From: an uncultured Thermodesulfobacteriota bacterium
GTDB lineage: Bacteria; Desulfobacterota; WTBG01
Assembly: GCA_964580455.1 (NCBI GenBank)
Contig: CAZOKO010000003.1
Span: 1-52,716 of the forward strand
Length of the DNA stretch: 52,716 nucleotides
Reading direction: 5' to 3'
How positions within the stretch are numbered: the first letter of the stretch is position 1; each line of letters opens with the position of its first letter. The notes beneath the pieces were generated by a model, which had not been told where the DNA came from, made no database searches, and saw only the letters and a program-made list of their open reading frames with translations. Position numbers and translations under genes: made by a program. Below are positions 28,015-36,974 of the stretch, one piece after another.

Positions 28015-28322
28015 CTGTCTATTATAGTCTGAAAACTTAGCAAATCAGTCAAGTTTTACTCAACGGTACAGTTTTGCAAAGGGATACTGGATACAAGATA
28101 CTGGATTCTGGCAAAAGAACGACCAACAGTTTCTATCCAGCATCGCGAAACCTCACCGGTTTAAGTCGAAGCTTTACTGGGAATAATCACAGTGTTCTGA
28201 ATCATATGCTTGACATTTACTCCATTTTTTATTATCAAATACTGTGCCAAACACCAAGAAATGGAAAGGAATATCAATCTGCTAGTTGTAACCAGAACGC
28301 CAAATAAAATGAGAAACAGTCA

Positions 28323-29144
28323 ATGAGAAGGGTAACTTACACAATTCCTTTATTTATAATAGGAATTCTACTTATAACTAGTTTTTTAAGTTGTCAGACT
28401 TCTCCCTCGCACAATGAGAATTCAGATAGCTCTTCAGAGACAACCCTTGCCCCAACACATTTAGTCATTGAAAAAGATCCTGTGACAATGACGCTTGTCC
28501 CTGCCAGAACGTTCAGCATGGGGAACGAAGCAGGAAATGAGGACGAACAACCCGTACACAAAGTATATGTCGATGCATTTTACATAGATACTGCAGAAGT
28601 AACATGTGCACGTTATAACCATTTTTTGAAGGAAACAGGCTATCCTTCTAATCAGCTATGGAATCCGGAATATGACAGACCAGACGACCCTGTGGTAGGA
28701 GTAAACTGGTATGATGCTGTAGCCTTTGCTAAGTGGGCGGGCAAAAGACTCCCTACCGAGGCCGAGTGGGAAAAGGCAGCACGTGGCGGATTGATTGGAG
28801 ATAAATATCCATGGGGGGATGAGATTACTCGTGAAAAGGCAAATTATAATTCTTTCGGAACAACTCTTGTAAAAAGCTATGAACCTAATGGTTACGGTCT
28901 TTATGATATGGCAGGTAATGTTTGGGAATGGTGCCAGGATTGGTACAGCAAAGACTATTACAACACAACTCCTAAGAAAAATCCCCACGGGCCCATGCTT
29001 GGCGAAAGAAAAGTCGTAAGGGGTGGTGCCTGGTATAATAATGAGACAGCTTTGCGGGTGTCTAACCGGCATAGAAGCTACCCTAGTGTAGGAAGCTTTA
29101 ATATTGGATTTAGATGTGTTAAGTCAGTGAAAGATATGAATTGA
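28323..29144 (+). CDS. Formylglycine-generating-enzyme (FGE/SUMF1) family lipoprotein
   Basis: Leader ending in FLSC. Motifs VNWYDAVAFAKWAGKRLPTEAEWEKAARGG, GNVWEWCQDWY, RGGAW and the NIGFRCV C-terminus. Confidence 0.85.
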   Translation: MRRVTYTIPLFIIGILLITSFLSCQTSPSHNENSDSSSETTLAPTHLVIEKDPVTMTLVPARTFSMGNEAGNEDEQPVHKVYVDAFYIDTAEVTCARYNHFLKETGYPSNQLWNPEYDRPDDPVVGVNWYDAVAFAKWAGKRLPTEAEWEKAARGGLIGDKYPWGDEITREKANYNSFGTTLVKSYEPNGYGLYDMAGNVWEWCQDWYSKDYYNTTPKKNPHGPMLGERKVVRGGAWYNNETALRVSNRHRSYPSVGSFNIGFRCVKSVKDMN

Positions 29145-29263
29145 AGGATTTAGAGATTTAGGAATTCAGGGATTGGGGGATTGAAGAATTTAGGAATTAC
29201 AGATAAGAATGGGGTTTCTGATTCCCATCTTCTTTTAATAATACATACGAGATTCGAGATAAT

Positions 29264-31795
29264 ATGTTAGCCAGAAAAAAATTATTTTTCATAATACAAA
29301 TTTCTTTATTTTTGCTTATAGTTTCATCCACACAAGCTGCAACTACAACTACATCTTTAAAGCCCGATTCTGCCAAAGAATGTGCTATCTGCCATTATAT
29401 CTGGGTTGATACCTTTTTTATTGAAAAAAGAAGTAGTGCACTTGCAAATCTTCCTGCTGAACCAACAGTAGCAGATTCTGAAATGTGTTTCTCATGTCAT
29501 GATGGTTCTACTGTAGATTCTCGTAAAAAAATTCATAACGACAGGAAACACCAGTCTGGTATCATCCCCTCTGATAAGGTAAAGATTCCGGAAATCTTTC
29601 CTCTCGATGAAGAAGGAAAGATGAATTGTGCAACCTGTCACAGCGCCCACGGCGTATCAACAGAGCCGGGAATCGAGAAAACAATTTTCTTGAGGACATC
29701 AAATAATAATTCTGAAATGTGTAAGATGTGCCATGTAGATAAAGATGGCGGACCAGAGAAGGGAAATCATCCCATTGATAAAACCACCTTGAAGATCTCC
29801 AAAGATATAACCAGGTATGGTGGCTATATCGGCAATGAGCCTAACCAGGTAATTTGCGAAAGCTGCCATGTGGCTCATGGCGGATTTACTGACAAACGTC
29901 TGGTTTTACCTGTGGATCGTCCAGGTGTATACCCTGTACTTTGCGAGGCATGTCATGGTAAAACACCCGGTCTTAACAAAGATATGAGAAGAAATCAATT
30001 CTCACACAGTGTTGACATTAAACCTGAAAATGCTGAAATTCCTGTCAAGTGGAAAAACGGTAATTCAATCAGATTAGGTCTAAGAGGCGAACTAGTCTGT
30101 GTTTCATGCCATTCCACCCACAGCCCTAAGGTTAAAGAATCTTTTCTCAACGAAAGAAATAACAAAGACTCTCTTTGTTTGCAATGCCATTCATCCCAGG
30201 AAAAACTTATTCGGGATACCAAACACGACCTTGCCCTGATGGCACCAGATGCTAAGAATGTGCTGGATAAAACGGTGTCTCAATCAGGACCCTGCAGTTG
30301 CTGCCATCTCACACACGAGGGAGTAGGACCTTTTATGTGGGCTAGAGAATGGGAAGGTGAAGAAGCGGCTCCTGTTGGCATTTGCAAAAGCTGCCACGCA
30401 AAGGGAGAATGTGCTGAAGAGGTAGCCATTCCTGATACTGGACACCCCATTGGAGTAAAACCTGAGGAAGCGAAGGTGGCAATGGACTTTCCCCTTTTTA
30501 CGGCAACTGGCAAAGAAGATAAGCAAGGTGCAATTTACTGTTCCAGCTGCCATAACACCCACCAATGGGATCCTTTGAACCCTGATGATAAAGGATCTAA
30601 GGATGAAACGGGTGATATCACCAACAGTTTCTTGAGAGCGGCACATCAGGACTCCGTTCTTTGCCTGGGTTGTCATAAAGAAGAATCTGCTATTGAAAAA
30701 ACAGACCATGATCTATCTCACTCTGCACCTGATGAAAAAAACATTCTTGATCAATCTCCTGAAGAATCAGGAATATGTGGAACTTGCCATTTAGCTCATG
30801 GAGGAGCTGAAGCATTCATGTGGGGAAGGGAGCTTATTAAAGAAGGAAATGATACAATTATGGCTCAGCTTTGTATTGAATGCCATAGTGAAGGTAGCTG
30901 CGGTGAAGAGAAATTGATAGGTGAGTACTTCCATCCTGTTAACATGAGCATGGAAGATACTGAAGATATAACATTTCCACTTTTCTTACCAGAGGGAAAG
31001 CAAGACTCTCAAGGCATGGTTTTTTGTTCAACCTGCCATAATCCTCACCAGTGGGATCCCAGTGATCCTGACAAAAAAAGTGAGGATGGAACCCCATCCG
31101 ACAGCTTCCTTCGTCTATCAAGTGCTGTGAATTCTCAACTCTGCTCTGAGTGCCACCAGGATAAACGTTACATTGAGGAAACCGACCACGACTTAAGCAT
31201 AACGGCACCCGATGAAAAAAATAAGAAGGGTTTATCCCCTCAAGAATCTGGCTTATGCGAACAGTGCCATGCTGTTCACAACGCTCAGACCAAAGCTTTC
31301 ATCTGGAACAGAGATTTAGGACCTACTTTAGTTTCACACTGGAAAGAAGAATTCACGAATCCTGAAAACATGATGATAAAACTTTGTACCAGTTGTCACT
31401 CAGAAGATGAGTGTGCTGAGGAACAGGTACCTGAGTATGGACTTCACCCCACTAAACTATACATGGCTCTGCTTCAGGAACGATCCGATTTGATGAGCCA
31501 GGATCAGTATGAGGCATTCATTGATCAATTCCCCATTTTTACCGACGAAGGTGAAAAATCAGTGGGGGGGAATATCGTGTGCACTACCTGTCATGATGCT
31601 CACATCTGGAACGCCCACCATCCCAAGAAGGGATCAGGGGCAGAAATAGAAGGAGATGCCGTCAGCAGCTTTTTGCGAAAGGATATCTCCTTTACCTTCT
31701 GCGCAAGTTGTCATGGGGAGGAGGCACTATATAAATTTAAGTATTTTCACATGATTAAAGGACGAAAGAAAGAATCGACGGAAAAAGAGGATTAA
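29264..31795 (+). CDS. 20-heme cytochrome c (843 aa), paralog of 25486..28014
   Basis: 20 canonical CXXCH motifs at positions collinear with the paralog. Long stretches are identical at the amino-acid level, for example DHDLSHSAPDEKNILDQSPEESGICGTCHLAHGGA. Confidence 0.9.
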   Translation: MLARKKLFFIIQISLFLLIVSSTQAATTTTSLKPDSAKECAICHYIWVDTFFIEKRSSALANLPAEPTVADSEMCFSCHDGSTVDSRKKIHNDRKHQSGIIPSDKVKIPEIFPLDEEGKMNCATCHSAHGVSTEPGIEKTIFLRTSNNNSEMCKMCHVDKDGGPEKGNHPIDKTTLKISKDITRYGGYIGNEPNQVICESCHVAHGGFTDKRLVLPVDRPGVYPVLCEACHGKTPGLNKDMRRNQFSHSVDIKPENAEIPVKWKNGNSIRLGLRGELVCVSCHSTHSPKVKESFLNERNNKDSLCLQCHSSQEKLIRDTKHDLALMAPDAKNVLDKTVSQSGPCSCCHLTHEGVGPFMWAREWEGEEAAPVGICKSCHAKGECAEEVAIPDTGHPIGVKPEEAKVAMDFPLFTATGKEDKQGAIYCSSCHNTHQWDPLNPDDKGSKDETGDITNSFLRAAHQDSVLCLGCHKEESAIEKTDHDLSHSAPDEKNILDQSPEESGICGTCHLAHGGAEAFMWGRELIKEGNDTIMAQLCIECHSEGSCGEEKLIGEYFHPVNMSMEDTEDITFPLFLPEGKQDSQGMVFCSTCHNPHQWDPSDPDKKSEDGTPSDSFLRLSSAVNSQLCSECHQDKRYIEETDHDLSITAPDEKNKKGLSPQESGLCEQCHAVHNAQTKAFIWNRDLGPTLVSHWKEEFTNPENMMIKLCTSCHSEDECAEEQVPEYGLHPTKLYMALLQERSDLMSQDQYEAFIDQFPIFTDEGEKSVGGNIVCTTCHDAHIWNAHHPKKGSGAEIEGDAVSSFLRKDISFTFCASCHGEEALYKFKYFHMIKGRKKESTEKED

Positions 31796-31801
31796 TCTAT
31801 A

Positions 31802-33412
31802 ATGCTTGCTGCAAAAACCATAAAATGGCTCATAATATTAATTATAACGCTAGTTTTAGGCTGCTTGTTAATAACTCCCAGCATCTCCACGGACAATGAA
31901 GAAGCTACTGTCCTTTATGAGATTCGTTCTCCGGAAGAGATTATTAACCCTCATTTTACTGGTAAAGACTGTGATACATGCCACGATGAGGCGCCAGAAC
32001 CCGGCGATAGCGATCTCCGATTGAAGTTTGGAGGAGATGACATAGCCATGTGCAACTCCTGCCACGAGGCCGAACAGGTTAAGGGAGAGATTCATCCGGT
32101 AGGAATTATTCCACCAGAAGGGAATTCTATCAATATTCCTGATACGTTCCCTCTCTATGAAGGGAAAGTTACCTGCAGAACTTGCCATGATGTATATCTC
32201 CAGTGTAAAGCAAAACCTTCCGTACAATTTGAAAACATAGATTTCTTATGGGGAGCACCCTACAAAAAAACTACGGATTTCTGTTTCCGCTGCCATAAAA
32301 TAGAAGATTACAAAAAGACCAATCCCCATGAACAATTAGACAAGGAAGGCAATATTTTAGAGGAACGATGCCTATATTGTCATCAAACGCTGCCCGACCC
32401 CTACACCGTGTCAGGCATAGAAAACGTTGGTTTTAGAACTGAAACGTCCACCTTCTGTATAGCGTGTCACGGGGCGCAAGAAACACTTCATCCTGCCAAT
32501 GCAAATCATATGCTTGCTCCTCCGCAAGACATGTTAACAGCAATTGAAGCATCCGAGGATAAGTACGGTGTCATTTTACCTCTTTTAAAAGGAGACGTAT
32601 TTTGTGGAACTTGTCACAATCCCCACGAAAAAGGAGTTATCAAGAGAGAGGAGGCAACAAAAGGTTCCGAGGCAGAATATCAAGTAAGACTCGACTGGTC
32701 GTATGATCTTTGTATTGCCTGTCACATTGAGAAAGAAGATTTATCCGCCAGAGAGATCGATATCGATATCCAGGACAAAGATCTAATCCTCACCACAAAG
32801 GGTGAGGACATACCCTCTTACCACAAATCCTTTATAGAAAAAAAGTGCAGGGCATGCCATATTATCACCCGGGAATCTCCAGAACGTCCGATTGTTTACA
32901 AGATGTGTTTTCAGGCAGATTGCCATGATGCATCCCTTATCGGAGGAACATTCAAACACAGCGATGCCTTAAAAGGCAATTGTCTTCTATGCCACAGCCA
33001 GCATGGGAGTCAATATGGTGCTCACATTGTTAATGACCAGCAGAAACTCTGCAAGGCGTGCCACCCCCTCTTAGGCAGAATGGAAGAAGAAGGTGAAAAG
33101 GAAGAGGAGGAAGGAGAGGACTTTCACGACTATTACCTAGCTCTTTTCCGAAAGCTTGTTCCAGACCAGGAAGTAACCTGCAGTTACTGTCATGGAGAAA
33201 ACCATAGTGAGAAAGTTTACGAAAACGGAATCGTTACCTGTTACCAGTGTCACAACTATACCAAGCAGTTAATTAAGGGCAAGAAGGGAAAACCAAAAAA
33301 TATTCACGAAACATTCATACGATTCGTAAGAGATAACTGTACCTACTGCCATGATCCCCATAGCAGTTCTTACCCGCATTTATTGAAGGAAGAACCGGAA
33401 TCGTATAAATAA
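31802..33412 (+). CDS. Multiheme cytochrome c (14 CXXCH plus one CX4CH), 536 aa
   Basis: N-terminal TM/signal sequence. I counted the motifs directly. Acidic EEEGEKEEEEGE insert near the C-terminus. Confidence 0.85.
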   Translation: MLAAKTIKWLIILIITLVLGCLLITPSISTDNEEATVLYEIRSPEEIINPHFTGKDCDTCHDEAPEPGDSDLRLKFGGDDIAMCNSCHEAEQVKGEIHPVGIIPPEGNSINIPDTFPLYEGKVTCRTCHDVYLQCKAKPSVQFENIDFLWGAPYKKTTDFCFRCHKIEDYKKTNPHEQLDKEGNILEERCLYCHQTLPDPYTVSGIENVGFRTETSTFCIACHGAQETLHPANANHMLAPPQDMLTAIEASEDKYGVILPLLKGDVFCGTCHNPHEKGVIKREEATKGSEAEYQVRLDWSYDLCIACHIEKEDLSAREIDIDIQDKDLILTTKGEDIPSYHKSFIEKKCRACHIITRESPERPIVYKMCFQADCHDASLIGGTFKHSDALKGNCLLCHSQHGSQYGAHIVNDQQKLCKACHPLLGRMEEEGEKEEEEGEDFHDYYLALFRKLVPDQEVTCSYCHGENHSEKVYENGIVTCYQCHNYTKQLIKGKKGKPKNIHETFIRFVRDNCTYCHDPHSSSYPHLLKEEPESYK

Positions 33413-33491
33413 AAATAAGAAAAAGAACTGTTTTAAAATGTAGCTAGACGTAAAGGCGCCGCTGTGCTATTTAAATAAACCACATACTGTC

Positions 33492-33511
33492 ATTCCCGCG
33501 AAAGCGGGAAT
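33492..33511. repeat. GAAA-loop hairpin repeat (left flank of the GIY-YIG cassette)
   Basis: ATTCCCGC-GAAA-GCGGGAAT. The context GTCATTCCCGCGAAAGCGGGAATCCATAA matches 5303-5331 apart from a compensatory base-pair change. Confidence 0.65.
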
Positions 33512-33556
33512 CCATAAGCATGTATTATAAAGGATTATTAATCAAAAAAATGATTG

Positions 33557-33850
33557 ATGGTTGATCACTTATACAGTGTTTATATCTTAGCAAGTAAAAG
33601 AAATGGCACACTGTATATCGGTGTTGCTGCAAATTTGATTAAGAGAGTCTATGAACATAAAAATCATTTGGTTGATGGCTTTACCAAAAAATATAATATT
33701 CATAATTTGGTCTATTATGAAACAACAGAAGACATTAGCAGTGCAATAAGAAGAGAAAAACAAATTAAAAAATGGAAAAGGAAGTGGAAAATAGAACTAA
33801 TTGAGAAGAAAAACCCAAATTGGAGAGATCTTTATCATGACTTGATATAG
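33557..33850 (+). CDS. GIY-YIG nuclease family protein (small stand-alone type)
   Basis: YSVYILASKRNGTLYIGVAANLIKRVYEHK...REKQIKKWKRKWK is the classic UPF0213/GIY-YIG pattern. About 97 aa. Confidence 0.8.
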   Translation: MVDHLYSVYILASKRNGTLYIGVAANLIKRVYEHKNHLVDGFTKKYNIHNLVYYETTEDISSAIRREKQIKKWKRKWKIELIEKKNPNWRDLYHDLI

Positions 33851-33893
33851 ATTCCTGCTGGAGTTTATCCCGTACTAGATACGGGGCAGGAAT
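33851..33893. repeat. Nested hairpin repeat (right flank of the GIY-YIG cassette)
   Basis: Outer stem ATTCCTGC (33851-58) / GCAGGAAT (33886-93) encloses CCCGTA-CTAGA-TACGGG. The same ATTCCTGC/GCAGGAAT stem occurs at 5349-5368. Confidence 0.65.
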
Positions 33894-34000
33894 GACAATG
33901 ATATAGATAGTCACAAATTCACACTATCTAACTTTCAAATTCAGTTCTTTTTTAACCACACATTCGTTCGACTGTTATTTAAAATTAGGGGTGACAATTC

Positions 34001-35140
34001 ATGAAAGCTCGAACTCTCTTATTTAAATTTTTACTAACTGTAATGACCATGGCAACTTCGCTTTATTTTATCCCCTGCCTCATGGCGGCAGATGTAGAAA
34101 ACTGTGATCTCTGCCATAAATATTCAGGGCTTGGAAGAATCGATGAATCAGGCAAGAAACACCTCTATTATGTGAATGATGTATTATGCCAGCAATCTGT
34201 TCACAGAAAGATTCGCTGCAAGGAATGCCATAGTGACATTGAGAAGTACCCTCATCCCAATCCTGAAGAAGTGGATTGCTCCACAGTATGCCACCTTGTT
34301 GACCCTTCAACAGACAATAAATTTTCACATGCCAATATGATTGAAGGGTATGATCTGAGTGTTCATGGAAAAGGCCCTGAAGACAATCCCAAAGAACACC
34401 CGGAAGACCTCCCTTCCTGCACTTACTGTCATGAAAACCGCACCTACCAGCCGGTAAGTGGGCTGGCTGACGAGCATAGAGGAGTTGCTCAGGAAATCCT
34501 GGACCGATGTCTGGGCTGCCACACGGATGAACAATGGACCCGGTACTTCTACAATCACTTCACCCATCGTTTGCATCAGCGTCGTTCTTCCGAAAGAATG
34601 GTAGAATTGTGTACATCATGTCATGAGGATGATGAGATGATGGAACGTCATGGCTTAATTGTAACTGGTACTTTTCATGATACCTTCCACTGGCAGGCTA
34701 TAAAATATGGAGATCCTAATGCCCCTAATTGCATTACATGTCATGCTCCTGTCGGATATTCATCACACGAGATCATGCCCAAAGATGATCCCCTCTCTGC
34801 CATCCATAAAGACAACCTGGTTCGAACCTGCAGCAACCAGGGCGGTCTCCAGACATGCCATCCCAACGCCACCACTGCTTTTGCCCAGGGCAGAATTCAC
34901 CCCACACGATACAAAACGGGTGTCTTTGAAACCAAAATGAGATCCTTCCAGTCTTTATTTGCCAGTCCGGCAAGTGCAGAATTGACTGGACTGGAGTATT
35001 ACCAGCAACTACTTCTTCAACTCATAAAGTTTTTTTATATGATACTCATAGGCGGTCTTATAAGTTTCATGATACTGCATCAAATACTGGATTATTTTGC
35101 CACCAGAAGAGAAATTAAAAAAGGAGGACTGCACCAATGA
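34001..35140 (+). CDS. Membrane-anchored multiheme cytochrome c (6 CXXCH plus CX3CH and a long-spacer CXnCH), module 2 component A
   Basis: Signal peptide and C-terminal TM helix. Collinear with 21771..22847. ATGA overlap with the next gene. Confidence 0.8.
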   Translation: MKARTLLFKFLLTVMTMATSLYFIPCLMAADVENCDLCHKYSGLGRIDESGKKHLYYVNDVLCQQSVHRKIRCKECHSDIEKYPHPNPEEVDCSTVCHLVDPSTDNKFSHANMIEGYDLSVHGKGPEDNPKEHPEDLPSCTYCHENRTYQPVSGLADEHRGVAQEILDRCLGCHTDEQWTRYFYNHFTHRLHQRRSSERMVELCTSCHEDDEMMERHGLIVTGTFHDTFHWQAIKYGDPNAPNCITCHAPVGYSSHEIMPKDDPLSAIHKDNLVRTCSNQGGLQTCHPNATTAFAQGRIHPTRYKTGVFETKMRSFQSLFASPASAELTGLEYYQQLLLQLIKFFYMILIGGLISFMILHQILDYFATRREIKKGGLHQ

Positions 35141-35859
35141 ACGGAGACAAAGAAAGTTGGACAATCGGTGAACCCGAATCGTATCTTCCCCATAAGGAGA
35201 AGTATTATATCCGGCTTAACCTTACTGAACGGATCCAGCACCATCTTGTCTGGACCACCTTTGTAACCCTCGCTATAACAGGATTTATGGTAGAATTCCC
35301 TGAAGACTGGCTATCCCTTTTGGGTTCTCATAAAGAAACTGTTTTCTACTATCGAGGGTTACTTCACAGGATTGCCGCTGTAGTCATGACTGCAAATCTC
35401 TTCTATCAGGCATGGTATATTACGCTCGCAAAACCAGGTAGAGGTTATATTGTCGACATGATTCCCAGACTCAAGGATGCCAAAGATTTCTATCAAAACA
35501 TGTGCTATTACTTGAGACTGACCGACCAAAAACCCCTTTTTGACCGATTCAATTACAAAGAGAAGCTGGAATACTGGACAGGCTGGATAGGCAATATTAT
35601 CATTACAGTAACCGGGTTTTTCCTCTGGTTTCCAAAATACTTTCCCAAATTTGTTTTCGACCTTTCTATTCTACTACATACCATGGAAGCAATCCTGGCC
35701 TCTTGTGCCATCATGGTATGGCATTTTTACGAGGTTCACCTAAAACCAGGTAAGTTCCCTATGTCTAGAATATGGCTGGATGGGAAAATTCCCGAACATG
35801 AACTTGAGGAAGAACATCCGCTTGAATATCAACGTATTAAAGAGGCTGAGATCAGCTAA
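35137..35859 (+). CDS. Membrane cytochrome b (FdnI/HydC/PhsC-like), module 2 component B1
   Basis: 240 aa, polytopic. RIQHHLVW and other conserved His residues. Aligns to the N-terminal half of 22844..24514. Confidence 0.8.
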   Translation: MNGDKESWTIGEPESYLPHKEKYYIRLNLTERIQHHLVWTTFVTLAITGFMVEFPEDWLSLLGSHKETVFYYRGLLHRIAAVVMTANLFYQAWYITLAKPGRGYIVDMIPRLKDAKDFYQNMCYYLRLTDQKPLFDRFNYKEKLEYWTGWIGNIIITVTGFFLWFPKYFPKFVFDLSILLHTMEAILASCAIMVWHFYEVHLKPGKFPMSRIWLDGKIPEHELEEEHPLEYQRIKEAEIS

Positions 35860-35890
35860 AAACCGTTGTTTGATCAACATGAGGTTATAA

Positions 35891-36700
35891 ATGATGAATA
35901 AGACACCAAATCCATCTTTAATTTTACATATGATATATAACTTACTTGGATTTCTATTCCTGTTATTTATCATTGTGAGTGTAGCATCCCTTGCTAAATT
36001 CCTCTATTTCCCCTCACGCGATTTAGCTATATCAAAAGATATACCACCAGACAAATTTTCTAAAACGATAAGGAAAACTGTGGGGGCAGGTCATTTTCAC
36101 ATTTTAGACAAAACTGTATATACCGACGTGGAAAACGCTCCAATATGCTTGCAATGCCACGGAAATTTTTGTCATGTCAAATCCGAGAAGCTAAGATCGT
36201 TTTACAATATGCACACTTTCTTCCTGGCTTGTGAAACCTGTCACATTAGAAAAAAAGAAGGGGAAGATATCACATTTAAATGGTTTGATGACAAAACCGG
36301 TGAAATCATTACAGAGCTTAAGGGAGAAAATGGAAATTTTGGTGCCAAGATCGTTCCTGCAAAGGGTGGAGATGGGGAGGAACTTAAACGACTGGATGAA
36401 TTCCCTGAAGACAAGAAGGCCCTTGATTTTATAAAAAATAGAGATACATATACCGAGGATGAAAAGAAAACCTTCATAGAAGTATGCATGAAGAAACACA
36501 TTTCTGAAAAAGCAATTGAATGTGAAGAATGTCACCAGAAGAATGGTTATTTTGACTACAAAGCTCTTGGCTATGATCCGGTTCGCTCGGCTGAACTATC
36601 GCGCATTGAAATCGTCCAGATGTCCAAAGATTATGATGAATTCTATTTGCCGACCATGTTTGACCCAAACATAGTTGGTGGAGAAGGTGGTGGGAGTTAG
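35891..36700 (+). CDS. Single-TM triheme cytochrome c, module 2 component B2
   Basis: N-terminal TM helix. Motifs CLQCH, CETCH and CEECH. Aligns to the C-terminal half of 22844..24514 (for example FYNMHTFFLACETCHIR versus FLNMHNFYLACETCHIR). Confidence 0.8.
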   Translation: MMNKTPNPSLILHMIYNLLGFLFLLFIIVSVASLAKFLYFPSRDLAISKDIPPDKFSKTIRKTVGAGHFHILDKTVYTDVENAPICLQCHGNFCHVKSEKLRSFYNMHTFFLACETCHIRKKEGEDITFKWFDDKTGEIITELKGENGNFGAKIVPAKGGDGEELKRLDEFPEDKKALDFIKNRDTYTEDEKKTFIEVCMKKHISEKAIECEECHQKNGYFDYKALGYDPVRSAELSRIEIVQMSKDYDEFYLPTMFDPNIVGGEGGGS

Positions 36701-36950
36701 ATAATACTGGATGCTGGATAAGGCAATTTAGAGATTAAGGAATTTAGGAATTGCGGATTTTGGATTGCGGAGCCGTGGGATAGTAAATGCTGGAGTGATG
36801 GGGTAAACGAATGCGGGTTGCGTTGCTACAGGCTGAATGCTGGAAACTGGATGTCTGATACTGGATACTAAATGCAAGATACAATATTCAGGACTTAATC
36901 AATAAGATTTTTTACTAATTCCTCAATGCCTTAATTCCTAAATTATCAAT
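36701..36950. repeat. Tract of degenerate oligomer repeats (CTGGATxCTGGAT and GGAATTNAGG types)
   Basis: Examples are ACTGGATGCTGGATAAGG, TTAGAGATTAAGGAATTTAGGAATTGCGGATTTTGGATTGCGG, CTGGATGTCTGATACTGGATACTAAATGC and TTAATTCCTAAATT. Related tracts occur at 11221-11251, 28078-28150, 29145-29210 and 44641-44690. Confidence 0.6.
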
Positions 36951-36974
36951 CTTTTGTATAATGGAGGTTTTTCT

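Noticed and set aside
28074-28307. Short ORFs inside repeat tracts: 28074..28307, 17484..17672, 18421..18624, 39587..39799, 37992..38180, and the N-terminal extensions of 16776.. and 43254..
   Set aside because: Their sequences are translations of the dispersed repeat families (for example WTFYEAVK, HRGHRENRG, LRGLRVLRC). They lack RBS or start support. The better-supported internal starts restore normal protein N-termini.
28323-29144. The FGE/C-type-lectin-fold gene as a diversity-generating retroelement target
   Set aside because: The window has no reverse transcriptase and no template repeat matching the 3' end of the gene. The C-terminal sequence is an ordinary FGE-family ending without an Asn/adenine-biased variable region.
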